Of a stretch of DNA of 64,000 bases, positions 30,322 to 42,210 are shown one piece after another. The notes beneath the pieces are model-generated. The model did not search any database and had not been told where the DNA came from. It was given only the letters and a program-made list of their open reading frames with translations. The translations under genes and the position numbers were made by a program. The DNA comes from Polyangiales bacterium (GTDB lineage Bacteria > Myxococcota_A > Polyangia > Polyangiales > Polyangiaceae), in the NCBI GenBank assembly GCA_038230375.1, contig JBBRNJ010000020.1, positions 45,286 through 109,285 of the forward strand. Direction: 5' to 3'. Each line of letters opens with the position of its first letter. Position 1 is the first letter of the stretch.

Positions 30322-31257
30322 CTATGGCGCTAGCACGGTGGGCTCGAGCGAGAAGGTGCAGGAGGCTCGAAACGCTACGACCCGATCCAGGGCCGGGTGA
30401 ATCAGCTGTCCCACGTTCGTCATCACGCCCACCTCGGGGCTGACGCGACCCAGGTTCAGGCGCAGTCCAGGGGCGATGACGGCCTCCGCGCGGCGGTCGT
30501 CCTGGATGCTGGGATCCAGCAAATACAGCTCCGCCAGCTCGACTCCTGGCGAGAACACCTGCCGCACGCGAACGCCGACGTAGAGGGTCGTGATGGTGGA
30601 GAGGTTCGAGCGCGGCGAATGGCCCGCATCGATCGCCCAGTCGACCTGATGGCGAAGCTGCATGGTGACTGGACCGAACACCGCGCGTACGTCGACGGCG
30701 GGAAGGACGGTGAGAGAGCTGGCGCGGAAGGCGTCGTAGTCCCAGGGACGCATGGACGCGAGGACCAGCGAGACGTCCTTCGCCTGGTCGCTGCCATACC
30801 TCGCCGTGGGAAGCGCGACCCCGAGATCGCCTCCGAGCGCCATGCCCTGCGCATGCAGCCAGACGATGCGGCCGCCAGCGATCACGTTTCCCGCCAGGAT
30901 CTTCGAGCCGGTGTACGAAGGACTGGTCGCCGTGCCCGCCTGGTACTCGAGGTGGAAGTAGTAGTTGCGGCTGGCGAGCGGCGACTCCACACGCAGGTGC
31001 TGCGCGAGCGCGAAGACATCCCTCGCGCCCGTGCCCTCGCGCGCCGACAAGGACGCTCCCCAGGTGTCGATGGCAACGTGCAGGTCGTCGTGCTCGATCT
31101 CGGAGAGGGTGATCGGATCCGTTGCGAGCGCCGCGAGGTCTTCACCGGCACTGGCGGGACGCGCATACGCAAGCATGATCGCGCCCACCGCGATGGCCGC
31201 GCCAACCGCGCCGCCCACACCAGGCACAGCACGGATCTGCTTCTTTATCCTCCGCAT
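30322..31257 (-). CDS. Probable outer-membrane beta-barrel protein
   Basis: Signal-like segment ending ASA; alternating amphipathic strands; start uncertain. Confidence 0.5.
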   Translation of the reverse strand: MRRIKKQIRAVPGVGGAVGAAIAVGAIMLAYARPASAGEDLAALATDPITLSEIEHDDLHVAIDTWGASLSAREGTGARDVFALAQHLRVESPLASRNYYFHLEYQAGTATSPSYTGSKILAGNVIAGGRIVWLHAQGMALGGDLGVALPTARYGSDQAKDVSLVLASMRPWDYDAFRASSLTVLPAVDVRAVFGPVTMQLRHQVDWAIDAGHSPRSNLSTITTLYVGVRVRQVFSPGVELAELYLLDPSIQDDRRAEAVIAPGLRLNLGRVSPEVGVMTNVGQLIHPALDRVVAFRASCTFSLEPTVLAP

Positions 31258-31417
31258 CCTGGACAAGAACTACCATGGAGGCAATGCCGTCCGCGGTGAT
31301 CTGGCGCGGCGAATGGCCGGTCAAAAGGGCGGTGCCGAACGGGACCATGTCGGTCGCGTACGGCAACCTGCTGCCGATTCTCGCCGCCGCGCTCTACTTC
31401 GGATAGAGTCGCCCGCC

Positions 31418-32089
31418 ATGAAAAACGCTGCACGGAGCTCGCTCGTCATCCTCGCGTCGTTGGTTCCTCTCGCTGGATGCGACAACCCCAGCAGCGGCGG
31501 TGCGGGAGCTGCCGCGAGCGCCAGTGCAATGGCGGCTGCAGCTGCGGCGTCTGCCTCGGTTGCCGCAGCGCCCACGCCCACTCCGAGCGCAGCGCCCAGC
31601 GCCGCACCAGAGCCGCCGCATGACTGCCCCACTGGCTCCGCCGGCATCGGCTCGTTCGCCAGCCCGTGCGACGCGAAGGGCAAGGACCGCATGATGGAGA
31701 TCACCTGGAAAAAGACGGACGACAAGGGTCCTCTCTTCTTCGTGAAGAGCAAGTCCAAGCTCACGGTCCTCTACGGCAAGGTCGCCGTCTACTTCTACGA
31801 CAAGGCGGGCAAGCAGCTCGAGGTGAAGGACGAGAATCCGATCGCGAAGCCGCGGCCGTTCCACACGTGCACCGGCGCGCAACTGTTCGGCGGCGAGATG
31901 AAGCTCGGCGACAAGTACGATCTCACCTTCTCCTGCGTGACGAAGAAGAACGTGCCCGAGGGCACGGACAAGATCGAGGCGGAGATCCAGATGGTGGGCT
32001 TCTCGGATGCGACCGGCAAGAAGGTGGACTTCTACTGGCGCAACCCGGACCTCACGCCGGAAGTGCGCCCCAAAGGCGGCGCGAAGTAG
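31418..32089 (+). CDS. Hypothetical lipoprotein
   Basis: LAGC lipobox, Ala/Pro linker, Lys-rich globular domain. Confidence 0.75.
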   Translation: MKNAARSSLVILASLVPLAGCDNPSSGGAGAAASASAMAAAAAASASVAAAPTPTPSAAPSAAPEPPHDCPTGSAGIGSFASPCDAKGKDRMMEITWKKTDDKGPLFFVKSKSKLTVLYGKVAVYFYDKAGKQLEVKDENPIAKPRPFHTCTGAQLFGGEMKLGDKYDLTFSCVTKKNVPEGTDKIEAEIQMVGFSDATGKKVDFYWRNPDLTPEVRPKGGAK

Positions 32090-32911
32090 TCACACGACGG
32101 CGATCACGCCTTCTGCCAGGGCGCGGGTGAGGATCGCGTGGGTTCGCGCGTGGCCTGGGCGCTCCGCATGCACGTGGCCTCGGAGCACGCCGGTGCGGAT
32201 GTAGACGTCGCCGATGAGGTCGAGCAACTTGTGGCGCGCGGGCTCGTCATCCGCGAAAGCACGACCGTGGTAGAGCGGGTCACGATCCTTGCATAATACA
32301 ACTACCGACTCGCGCGGCACCCACGAGGCCACGCCGCGCGCCACGAGCTCCATCACGTCCTCCTCGCGCGAGAAGGTGCGGGCGGGCGCGATGTCGCGCT
32401 CGAACGCGGCGGCTGTGCCGTCCCACGAGGCCTCACGATCGTAGCGAGCGTCGCCGAGCTCCACGCGGACGGAGAGCTTGGTGTCTTGTGCTGGTGTGAA
32501 CGCGTAGCGGGCGTCTCCATCGGTCAGTGTCGCTGCGCGCGTGATTCGTGCGTGAACCAGGTCCAGTGCGCGTTCCCCAGCACTCAGCGCCTCGTTCAGG
32601 GCGGCCAGCCACGCCGTTGCGCCGCCATCGAGCAGCGGCAGCTCGTCGGCCGTCACACTGACCGACAGTCCTCCCGTGATGCCGAGCCCGAAGAGCGACG
32701 CGGCCAGGTGCTCCACCGTGCGCAACGACGCGCCTCCCACGGCAATGGTCGTCGAGCGGAACGCGTGGGTGACCGGGCATCCTGGGAGTGGTCCGCGCTC
32801 GCCCGCCACGGACAGCATCACGCGCGGATCGTTGCTGACCCAGATGGACACGTCCGCGATCTTCCCGAGATGCAGCCCGCGCCCGCTCACGCGCGTGGGC
32901 GCGGAGCTCAC
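32090..32911 (-). CDS. lpxC: UDP-3-O-acyl-GlcNAc deacetylase
   Basis: GRGLHLG, TVEHL, ELPLLDGG, IAPARTF, RHKLLDLIGD, PGH. Confidence 0.85.
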   Translation of the reverse strand: MSSAPTRVSGRGLHLGKIADVSIWVSNDPRVMLSVAGERGPLPGCPVTHAFRSTTIAVGGASLRTVEHLAASLFGLGITGGLSVSVTADELPLLDGGATAWLAALNEALSAGERALDLVHARITRAATLTDGDARYAFTPAQDTKLSVRVELGDARYDREASWDGTAAAFERDIAPARTFSREEDVMELVARGVASWVPRESVVVLCKDRDPLYHGRAFADDEPARHKLLDLIGDVYIRTGVLRGHVHAERPGHARTHAILTRALAEGVIAVV

Positions 32912-33606
32912 TCCTTCTTCCTTGCCATCAAGGACGAGAGCACAATCGCGAACACGAGCCCGCCCGCACCCCACGCTCCGTAGAGCCAGGAGGGCGGGCC
33001 CGGCCCGCGTAGTGCAACGCCGGTGGCCTGGTCCGCGCTCATGAGCAGCTGCTGCTCCAGGCTCGCGTCGCCGTCAGCGCCGTAGGAGACCGTCAGGAGC
33101 GACGTGCCCGTGTCGTCAGGAAAGAGCATCTGCGCCGTGCGCAGCGGCTGGTTGTCCACGTCGCGCTTTCCCTCGCCCCAGACCACGCCAACGAGCGTGT
33201 TGTCACTGCGGGCGTGGACCTCGTGGCGAACCTCGTTCCAGGTCACCTGCGACTCGCGATACACACCCGGCATCCCGCGCGCGACCTCTCGCAGCTGCGC
33301 GTCGTCGATGGAGCCTCGCTTCTCCGTGTGCGTGAGCGTGAGGCGCGGCGCGAAGCCAAGCACGCGCGGACGCGTCCACATCTTTCCGGGGTTCTGCGCG
33401 GGGGTGGGCGAAGCGGGCGAAGCTTGCTCGCTGGGGACGAATCCTTCGGGCGGCGAATAGGAGAACGGCGCATTCGCGGCGCGCTCGCGCGGATTCGTGA
33501 GGCTGGGCCCCGCCACGGCGACCGCGATCGATACGCCGAAGAGCAGGCCGCGCGAGAGCTTCTTCTTCTCGGTGTTGCCGGTGGTCTCGGTGTTGCCGGA
33601 GGTCAT
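32908..33606 (-). CDS. Hypothetical exported protein with C-terminal TM anchor
   Basis: N- and C-terminal hydrophobic segments; GTGA overlap with lpxC. Confidence 0.65.
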   Translation of the reverse strand: MTSGNTETTGNTEKKKLSRGLLFGVSIAVAVAGPSLTNPRERAANAPFSYSPPEGFVPSEQASPASPTPAQNPGKMWTRPRVLGFAPRLTLTHTEKRGSIDDAQLREVARGMPGVYRESQVTWNEVRHEVHARSDNTLVGVVWGEGKRDVDNQPLRTAQMLFPDDTGTSLLTVSYGADGDASLEQQLLMSADQATGVALRGPGPPSWLYGAWGAGGLVFAIVLSSLMARKKE

Positions 33607-33676
33607 GTCGGAGAACAGAATCGCACACCCTGACGCGCACGCCCATGGGTGTGCTCGCGCGACCAGGCGATGAGGT

Positions 33677-34023
33677 TCATCTCCTGTACCGCTGGAACAG
33701 CTCGACCAGCTCGTCGATGGTCTCTTCTGCTCTCGTCTTGTCCTTTGCGGTGAGTGCGGCCTTCGCGCAGTGACGGAGGTGGCTTCGCAGGAGCTCGCGC
33801 GAGACGCCTCGTAGCGCCTCCTGCACGGAGTCGATCTGCAAGAGGATGTCCGGACAGTATCGTTCCCCGTCGATCATGCGCGCGAGGCCTCCGACCTGGC
33901 CCTGGATGCGCGCCAGCCGGCGAAGATTCTCGGCCTTGATGTCCACGTCCACGCCGTGCGCATGACGCTCGGACGCGGGTGCTTCTTGCGGCAGCGTCTT
34001 CACAGGCTTCTCGAGCTTCTTCT

Positions 34024-34027
<4 letters not shown>
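33677..34027 (-). CDS. csoR: CsoR-family copper-sensing repressor
   Basis: [21 protein letters not shown] (Cys-His-Cys Cu(I) ligands); next to copA. Confidence 0.9.
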
Positions 34028-36244
<2,217 letters not shown>

Positions 36245-36252
<8 letters not shown>

Positions 36253-36442
36253 CGACGCGGTAACCCACGGCGGCAATCGCCTCCTCCACGGTCTTGCGCG
36301 CGCCCTCCGTGCCGAGCTCCACCGAAACGAGGCCGACCTCCACGGCGTGAACCTTCACGTCAGGCAGCGCAGCGAGCGCCTTCTCCACGCGGCGGACACA
36401 GGCATCACAGTGCATGCCGGAGACACGAATCTCGGTGACCAT
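36245..36442 (-). CDS. copZ: Copper chaperone (HMA domain)
   Basis: GMHCDAC...VGY, 65 aa. Confidence 0.9.
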
Positions 36443-36460
36443 GGCGAGCCTCCATACGAC

Positions 36461-36484
36461 TAGGGGATACCCCCTACCCCTATA
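36461..36484. promoter_or_regulatory. CsoR-type operator
   Basis: TAGGGG-ATAC-CCCCTA palindrome overlapping ATACCCCCTACCCCTATA (C-tracts flanked by ATAC/TATA), about 20 bp upstream of copZ. Confidence 0.75.
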
Positions 36485-36503
36485 AGGCCTCGCCCGGCAC
36501 TCG

Positions 36504-37310
36504 TCAACGCAGCGTGTAGTGGTCCACCTCTACGGCGTCGGCGGTGCCCGAGTAGACCGTGAGCGTCGTGGGGGTCGCGTCGTAGCGGATGACCTCCGGG
36601 GTGCCACCCGCAATGGCCGGGCAGGTCTGGGCAAGCGAGTAGCTGAGGGCAGTCGCCGAGGTTGCGGTGGTCGTCGCCGCGCTGACTGTGCCGGCGTGGT
36701 CGAACGCGAAGCTCCATGTGGATCCGCAGATGAAGAGCTGGCCGCGCGCGCTGCTCGGGACACAACCGGTCTGGTGGAGCTCGACGGCGGAGAGGACATA
36801 GGCCCCCTCCGTGATGACTCCGCCCGCGGGCATGGGCGGCGCGCCCGTCTTGCAGACGACACCGATCTCGGCGCCGTCGGGCTTGATGCCGTTGCACGTC
36901 TGTCCTGCCGCGGGAGCCGGAGCAGGGCACGACTGCGCTGCGCATGCAGCTCCAGAGCACTTGTCCTTGCAGACGCGGTTTGCGAGATCGCACGAGCGAC
37001 CGGGGTTGCATTGGGTCTCGTCGGTACAGCCAGGCTTGCAGGTGTTCGTGGTGAGGTCGCAGTAGGACTCGAGCGCGCATGGGCATGCGCCGCCCGCGCT
37101 GCTTCCACCGTCGGGCTTGCCACCACCGCTGTGAGGATCGCCACCACCGCCTGTGCCGCCGCCTCCTCCATTGATGCCGCCACCGCCATCAGTAGCGGTG
37201 GGGTTGGAGCCATCGGGGACCTTCGTGCCGCTGCACCCCACCAGGAGAAGGAGAGTGGCGAGCGAAGCGACCAAAGGACGAGCGAATGAGGAGCGGAATG
37301 CAAAGGGCAT
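36504..37310 (-). CDS. Cys-rich lipoprotein
   Basis: LVGC lipobox, Gly linker, Cys-rich repeats. Confidence 0.75.
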   Translation of the reverse strand: MPFAFRSSFARPLVASLATLLLLVGCSGTKVPDGSNPTATDGGGGINGGGGGTGGGGDPHSGGGKPDGGSSAGGACPCALESYCDLTTNTCKPGCTDETQCNPGRSCDLANRVCKDKCSGAACAAQSCPAPAPAAGQTCNGIKPDGAEIGVVCKTGAPPMPAGGVITEGAYVLSAVELHQTGCVPSSARGQLFICGSTWSFAFDHAGTVSAATTTATSATALSYSLAQTCPAIAGGTPEVIRYDATPTTLTVYSGTADAVEVDHYTLR

Positions 37311-37560
37311 GATCGCGCCCTTCCGCAACCCGTGTGCCTGCGCTTTTTCGCAATGATCTCGCCAAGCCGCCGGAACCAATCTTCAACAGGTCGGTCTGAT
37401 GTCGGAAAGAAGGTGCCGAGCGTCTCTTCGTGGCGACGCCCGCCTGTTTCGGTGAGCCGATACCCCCTCAGGTGAGGACGGCAGGCAGCACGCGTCGCCC
37501 CCACTTGCGGACCAGGGCGCACATGCACCCCGAGATCCAACAGTTCCATGTGGATCATCA

Positions 37561-37576
37561 GTCACACGGGTGTGAC
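37561..37576. promoter_or_regulatory. Inverted repeat, candidate activator binding site
   Basis: GTCACAC-GG-GTGTGAC, about 80 bp upstream of a GG-N10-GC element. Confidence 0.45.
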
Positions 37577-37656
37577 ATGGAATCGCGTGAGATTTGCCGG
37601 ATACGAAGGCCGCAAATTCGGCGCGTTTATCGATGAGACCAACTTGAAACGACATC

Positions 37657-37671
37657 GGCATGGTCAGTGCA
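37657..37671 (+). promoter_or_regulatory. Sigma54-like promoter of the Mo-storage operon
   Basis: GGCATG-GTCAGT-GCA (GG-N10-GC) 16 nt before ATG 37687. Confidence 0.45.
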
Positions 37672-37686
37672 CTTGCCTCCTACACG

Positions 37687-38796
37687 ATGGCAACCAACAC
37701 TCACCTTCTCACCCTTGCGACAGTGACCCTGGTCGCTGGCGTCGTGAGCGTGGGTTGTGGCAAGCGCGACGTCTCGCACGTCGCGGCCAGGTCGGTTGCC
37801 GCGAGCACCATCGCCGACGCGCCCGTCGCGCCCGCAGCCGAGGCGCAGCACGGCTCGCGCCGCGTGAAGAACCTCGACGTGCCGGTCCTGGTCGATGGCG
37901 AGCAGGTCGCGGTGCTCCGCACTGGTGAGCTCCCCACGCAGCTCGTCGCGCACGACGACAAGAAGAACGGCGTCGAAGAGGCGCGCTACTTCCGCATCAG
38001 CGAGTACCTCACCGCCATCGGCGTCGACATCTCCAAGATCAAGTCGATTCACCTCCAGGCGAACATGGACCGCGTTGCCTCGATCGAAGGCAGCGAGCTC
38101 CGCGCGCAGCCCACGCGCTTCGTGTTCGACTTCCTCGGCAAGACGAATGGCTCCGTGAAGGCCGCGTGGGACACCACGGGCATGAAGAACACGTTCCACT
38201 CTTCCGAGATGTACGCGGTCAGCATCTTCGTCAACAAGCCCGCCCCCGCGGTCAGCGTCGCGAAGAGCTGCTACCTGGTGGACAGCCACTGTTCGAACGA
38301 ACTTGCGTACGTCGAGAAGAAGGTTCCCACGGGCACGCGCGTATACCAGGACGGCAAGCTCGTCGGCATGGCGAAGCGCAAGACACTCACCGACGCGCTC
38401 GTCATGGGTCGCGACGGCGAGGACGCGAAGTACTCGGTCGCGAAGCTCGCGCAGTCCTTCGGCGCCGACATCACGAACGCGAAGAGCATCGAGCTCCTCC
38501 AGGGTGACGACGTCGTCGCCCGTTTCAGCGCGACCGAGTGGCAGTCCGCTGCCCCCGCGCTCTCCTTCAAACTTCCGCAGCACAATCACGGCAAGATCCG
38601 CGTCTTCGTCCCCGCGAATGTGCAAGCAGCGTCCGACTCGCCCGCAAACCGCGAGGCAACCATCAGCGCGATCGTGATTCACAAGAGCTCTCCCCTCTCG
38701 ACCCTCGACCTTTCGCCCATCTCGGATGATACGGCGCCGCAAGCGACCGCTGGCATCGAGGGCTCGCCCACAAACACCAGCGACGAAGGCTCCTGA
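37687..38796 (+). CDS. Lipoprotein with internal duplication, unknown function
   Basis: SVGC lipobox; repeated VxxDGxxV...Y.(I/V)...G.DI...KSI.L modules. Confidence 0.75.
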   Translation: MATNTHLLTLATVTLVAGVVSVGCGKRDVSHVAARSVAASTIADAPVAPAAEAQHGSRRVKNLDVPVLVDGEQVAVLRTGELPTQLVAHDDKKNGVEEARYFRISEYLTAIGVDISKIKSIHLQANMDRVASIEGSELRAQPTRFVFDFLGKTNGSVKAAWDTTGMKNTFHSSEMYAVSIFVNKPAPAVSVAKSCYLVDSHCSNELAYVEKKVPTGTRVYQDGKLVGMAKRKTLTDALVMGRDGEDAKYSVAKLAQSFGADITNAKSIELLQGDDVVARFSATEWQSAAPALSFKLPQHNHGKIRVFVPANVQAASDSPANREATISAIVIHKSSPLSTLDLSPISDDTAPQATAGIEGSPTNTSDEGS

Positions 38797-38842
38797 GCCC
38801 GTCGCACAAGATTTTCATCACCTGATTTCGGAGGATTTCACC

Positions 38843-40765
38843 ATGTCTATCAAGAGAACCCGCATCTTCGCCGCCGCCACCCTCGCCTCTGTTGGCGCGC
38901 TCGTATCGAGCCACGCTGACGCCGGCCCGGCCGCGACGGGCGGCACTGTGCTTCTCCAGACTGCGACCAAGCTGGTCTACGAGGCGCCGGACGGCAAGGT
39001 GTCCAAGCAGCAGGGCGCTGGCGCGATGGACGCGCACCTCGCGACCGATGGCAGCGGCCTCATCTTCATGACCTGGACGCACTCGGTCCCGACGCAGAAC
39101 CAGGACGGCGCCGGCATCCAGGGCGCGATCGCGCTCTACCAGCTCACCGACAAGGGCCTCACCACGGTGAAGGACACCACGGTGCTCCCGACCCTGCAGG
39201 GCGAGCGCGACTACATGCGCCCGAACGCGGCCGTCGGTACGAAGTTCATGATGACGATCTTCGCGACGGAGGACAACGGCGTCACCAACAACCCGCAGTC
39301 GTCCGGCTGGGTCTTCGACCGCACCGGCGCGATGGTGCCGATCACCAACACCACGCGCGGCCAGGGCAAGGGCGGCGCGGCCGGCCTGCCGACCAACCTC
39401 ATCACCCTTGGCCTCAAGGGTCAGAACGACGCGCAGCAGTGGGGCCCCCACAGCGTCTGCCCGATCGGCACGGACGCCGCGACCGGTGGCGATGCCTTCC
39501 TCGTTGGTATGCAGCGCAACAACCAGTCTGCCTGGGTTGCCAAGGTCGTCGTCGCCACGGATGGCGCGGGCGCGAAGGTCACCGTCCCCTTCCTCACCAA
39601 GTTCGTGAACAACGCGCAGCACACGCGCCCGCAGATTGCCTGCCCGCCCCCGGGCGTCACGGATCGCAGCGTCCTCGCCGTCACGTCCGTCGAGGCGAAC
39701 AACCAGCCCGCCGACATCGGCATCCGCATCGCGACCATCGACACGGCCACCGGCCAGGTCCTGAAGAACGTGCGCGTCCAGCAGGTCGTTCGTGACGCAA
39801 CCACGGGCAAGACCATCCACACGGTGCAGCCGTCGCTCGCGTACATCTCGAAGGACGTCGTTGCCCTCCAGTGGCAGAAGTCCGACAACGCAGCCGCTCG
39901 CGGCGGTGGCAACAACAACAACGGCAACGGCCACACGGGCGGCGAGAACCTCTCGATGCTCACCAGCTACAAGCTCTCGGACCTCTCCAAGGTCGACGAG
40001 TTGGAAGCGGTCGCCCCCTACCAGCGTCACGGCCGCTCGTTCGGCACGATGTACGGCGCGGGCGAAGGCGCAGCGACCGTCGCGCTGATGGGCGGCTCCT
40101 CCACGGGCACCGGCAAGGGCCTCGTGCAGATGGTCAACGTCGACTCTGCCTCGGGCAAGATCGTCGCGGCCGACCGCACGAAGGACCTCTACAACGTCTC
40201 CACGTACTCGGACGTCGCCGCCCTCCAGGTCCGCGGAAAGCGCAACCCGAACAACCAGGGCTGCGGCTTCCTCAACGGCCTCGGCGGCCTCGCGAACCCG
40301 GGCTTCGGCCAGGCGACGGGCTTCATGCCCGAGGTGAAGACCTTCACGCTCGCTGCGGTCCCCGGCTACAAGACCGCGGCTGCTCCCGGCACCGGCCAGA
40401 CCGTCGGCCAGCGTGAGAGCCTCTACCTCTCGCTCATCCCGGCCACCTGGGATCCGACGAAGCAGACGGCACCTGGTGGCGTCGCGAACTCCGACAACAT
40501 CCCGACCGGCCCGTCCCCGACGACCGGTGGCACCACGGGCGGCGGCGGCTCTGGCTCGAACGGCGGCGGCGCGGCAGGCGGCAGCGGCGCGGGCGACATG
40601 CCCACGACCGGCTACGGCAACCAGCCGGAGATGACGGACGCGAACACCGGCGGCTGCTCGGTGTCGAGCAAGAACGAGAGCACTGGCGGCCTCGCCAGCA
40701 TCCTCCTCACGCTGGGCCTCACGATCGCTGGCATCCGTCGCAACAAGAAGTCGGAGGAGAAGTGA
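38843..40765 (+). CDS. Secreted surface protein with MYXO-CTERM sorting signal
   Basis: RBS GGAGG; signal peptide ending ADA; C-terminus GGCSVS...LASILLTLGLTIAGIRRNKK. Confidence 0.85.
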   Translation: MSIKRTRIFAAATLASVGALVSSHADAGPAATGGTVLLQTATKLVYEAPDGKVSKQQGAGAMDAHLATDGSGLIFMTWTHSVPTQNQDGAGIQGAIALYQLTDKGLTTVKDTTVLPTLQGERDYMRPNAAVGTKFMMTIFATEDNGVTNNPQSSGWVFDRTGAMVPITNTTRGQGKGGAAGLPTNLITLGLKGQNDAQQWGPHSVCPIGTDAATGGDAFLVGMQRNNQSAWVAKVVVATDGAGAKVTVPFLTKFVNNAQHTRPQIACPPPGVTDRSVLAVTSVEANNQPADIGIRIATIDTATGQVLKNVRVQQVVRDATTGKTIHTVQPSLAYISKDVVALQWQKSDNAAARGGGNNNNGNGHTGGENLSMLTSYKLSDLSKVDELEAVAPYQRHGRSFGTMYGAGEGAATVALMGGSSTGTGKGLVQMVNVDSASGKIVAADRTKDLYNVSTYSDVAALQVRGKRNPNNQGCGFLNGLGGLANPGFGQATGFMPEVKTFTLAAVPGYKTAAAPGTGQTVGQRESLYLSLIPATWDPTKQTAPGGVANSDNIPTGPSPTTGGTTGGGGSGSNGGGAAGGSGAGDMPTTGYGNQPEMTDANTGGCSVSSKNESTGGLASILLTLGLTIAGIRRNKKSEEK

Positions 40766-40767
40766 AC

Positions 40768-41730
40768 ATGAACCGCTACATCGTTCTTGCAGCAGCGTTG
40801 GCAGCCGCGGGCCTTGTGGCGGCGTGCGGAAGTGACAGCTCGGGCTCCCTCGGAAACGGGGAGCCGGGCGGTTACGGCCAGGGTACCGGGACTGGAACCG
40901 GCACTGGAACCGGCAACGGCAACGGCAATGGCAACGGCAACGGCTCTGGAAACAACAACACCGGCAGCGCCCCGCCTCCGGTCTCCGGTCCCGGCGCCAC
41001 GACGGGCGCAGCCCACCAGTACTTCGACGCCAACGTGTACCCCTCGCTCGAGACCACGTGCGGCGGCTGCCACAATGGCGGCGCTGACGGCGCCCCGAAG
41101 TTCATGGTCGCGAGCGACGCAACGAAGACGTATTCGAACCTCGACGCTCGCGGCGACATCATCGTCGAAGCATCCGCGAGCCAGCTCCTCAAGCAGGGCG
41201 CGCACGACAGCGGCAAGGCGCCGGCGCTCACGGCCGACCAGGTCACGAAGATCAACACGTGGCTCGCTGACGAGGCCATGGAGCGCGTCGGCATGGCCGC
41301 CCCGGTGAACGTCCTCTCGAAGATCGGCTCGTGCCTCGACCAGACCAAGTTCAACGCGATCGGCTTCGAGAAGCTCCTCACCACGCCGCGCAAGACCGAG
41401 AACGCGAACACCTGCACTGGGTGCAACAACGCGCCCTGCCGCACGTGCCACACCGGCGGTGACGCCGGCTACTACAACGCGATGGGCAGCGGCCTCGACA
41501 ACACCACGTTCGCCAAGACCCAGACGGTGCCGTTCATTGCAAAGTACATCGGCCTCAACGGTACGACGCCGGTCGCGTCCAACGCGATCATGACGAAGAG
41601 CCAGGCCACGCAGACGGGCGCGCCTTACAGCCACCCGATGTTCACCCTCTCGGCGACGCAGCAGACGGCGCTCGATGCCTTCGTGACCGATGCGATCACG
41701 AAGTACACGAACAAGCAGTGCGGTCAGTGA
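40768..41730 (+). CDS. Diheme c-type cytochrome lipoprotein
   Basis: VAAC lipobox; GT/GN linker; CGGCH and CTGCNNAPCRTCH. Confidence 0.82.
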   Translation: MNRYIVLAAALAAAGLVAACGSDSSGSLGNGEPGGYGQGTGTGTGTGTGNGNGNGNGNGSGNNNTGSAPPPVSGPGATTGAAHQYFDANVYPSLETTCGGCHNGGADGAPKFMVASDATKTYSNLDARGDIIVEASASQLLKQGAHDSGKAPALTADQVTKINTWLADEAMERVGMAAPVNVLSKIGSCLDQTKFNAIGFEKLLTTPRKTENANTCTGCNNAPCRTCHTGGDAGYYNAMGSGLDNTTFAKTQTVPFIAKYIGLNGTTPVASNAIMTKSQATQTGAPYSHPMFTLSATQQTALDAFVTDAITKYTNKQCGQ

Positions 41731-41742
41731 TAGCCTGACGGC

Positions 41743-42207
41743 ATGCGTCCGCAGTTCCTGGTTTTCGGCCTTGGCCTGACGCTTCTTCTTGCCGGCGCGG
41801 CCTGTAGCTCCGGCAGTACGAACAAGCTGTCTGGTGCACCTGGCACCGGTACTTCCGACAACGCTCCGGCGGCTGTGAAGAAGTACGGGTGCCAGAACTG
41901 CCACGGGACGGACATGAGCGGCGTGACCATCGCGCTCACGATGCAGCCCGATGGCGTGCAGCTCTATCCGCCAAACCTCACTACCGACCAAACAACTGGC
42001 ATCGGCACCTGGACCGACGGTCAGCTGGAGTTCGCCATCAAGAATGGCGTCGACAAGGACGGGCTGGTGCTCTGCCCGCAGATGAAGCACTTCTCGCAGA
42101 TCACCCCGGACGAGATGTCCGAGACGATCAAGTTCCTGCGCAGCCTGCCCTCCGTGAAGAAGGACATCCCTGGAAGCATCTGCCCGCCGCTGAAGACGAA
42201 GATGTAG
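41743..42207 (+). CDS. Monoheme cytochrome c lipoprotein
   Basis: GAAC lipobox; CQNCH, PPNLT...GIGTW, candidate Met ligand in CPQM. Confidence 0.88.
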   Translation: MRPQFLVFGLGLTLLLAGAACSSGSTNKLSGAPGTGTSDNAPAAVKKYGCQNCHGTDMSGVTIALTMQPDGVQLYPPNLTTDQTTGIGTWTDGQLEFAIKNGVDKDGLVLCPQMKHFSQITPDEMSETIKFLRSLPSVKKDIPGSICPPLKTKM

Positions 42208-42210
42208 CCA

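Noticed and set aside
37311..37686. Moco/Tuco riboswitch or ModE box upstream of the Mo operon
   Set aside because: No recognisable consensus by eye; an Infernal/Rfam scan would settle it
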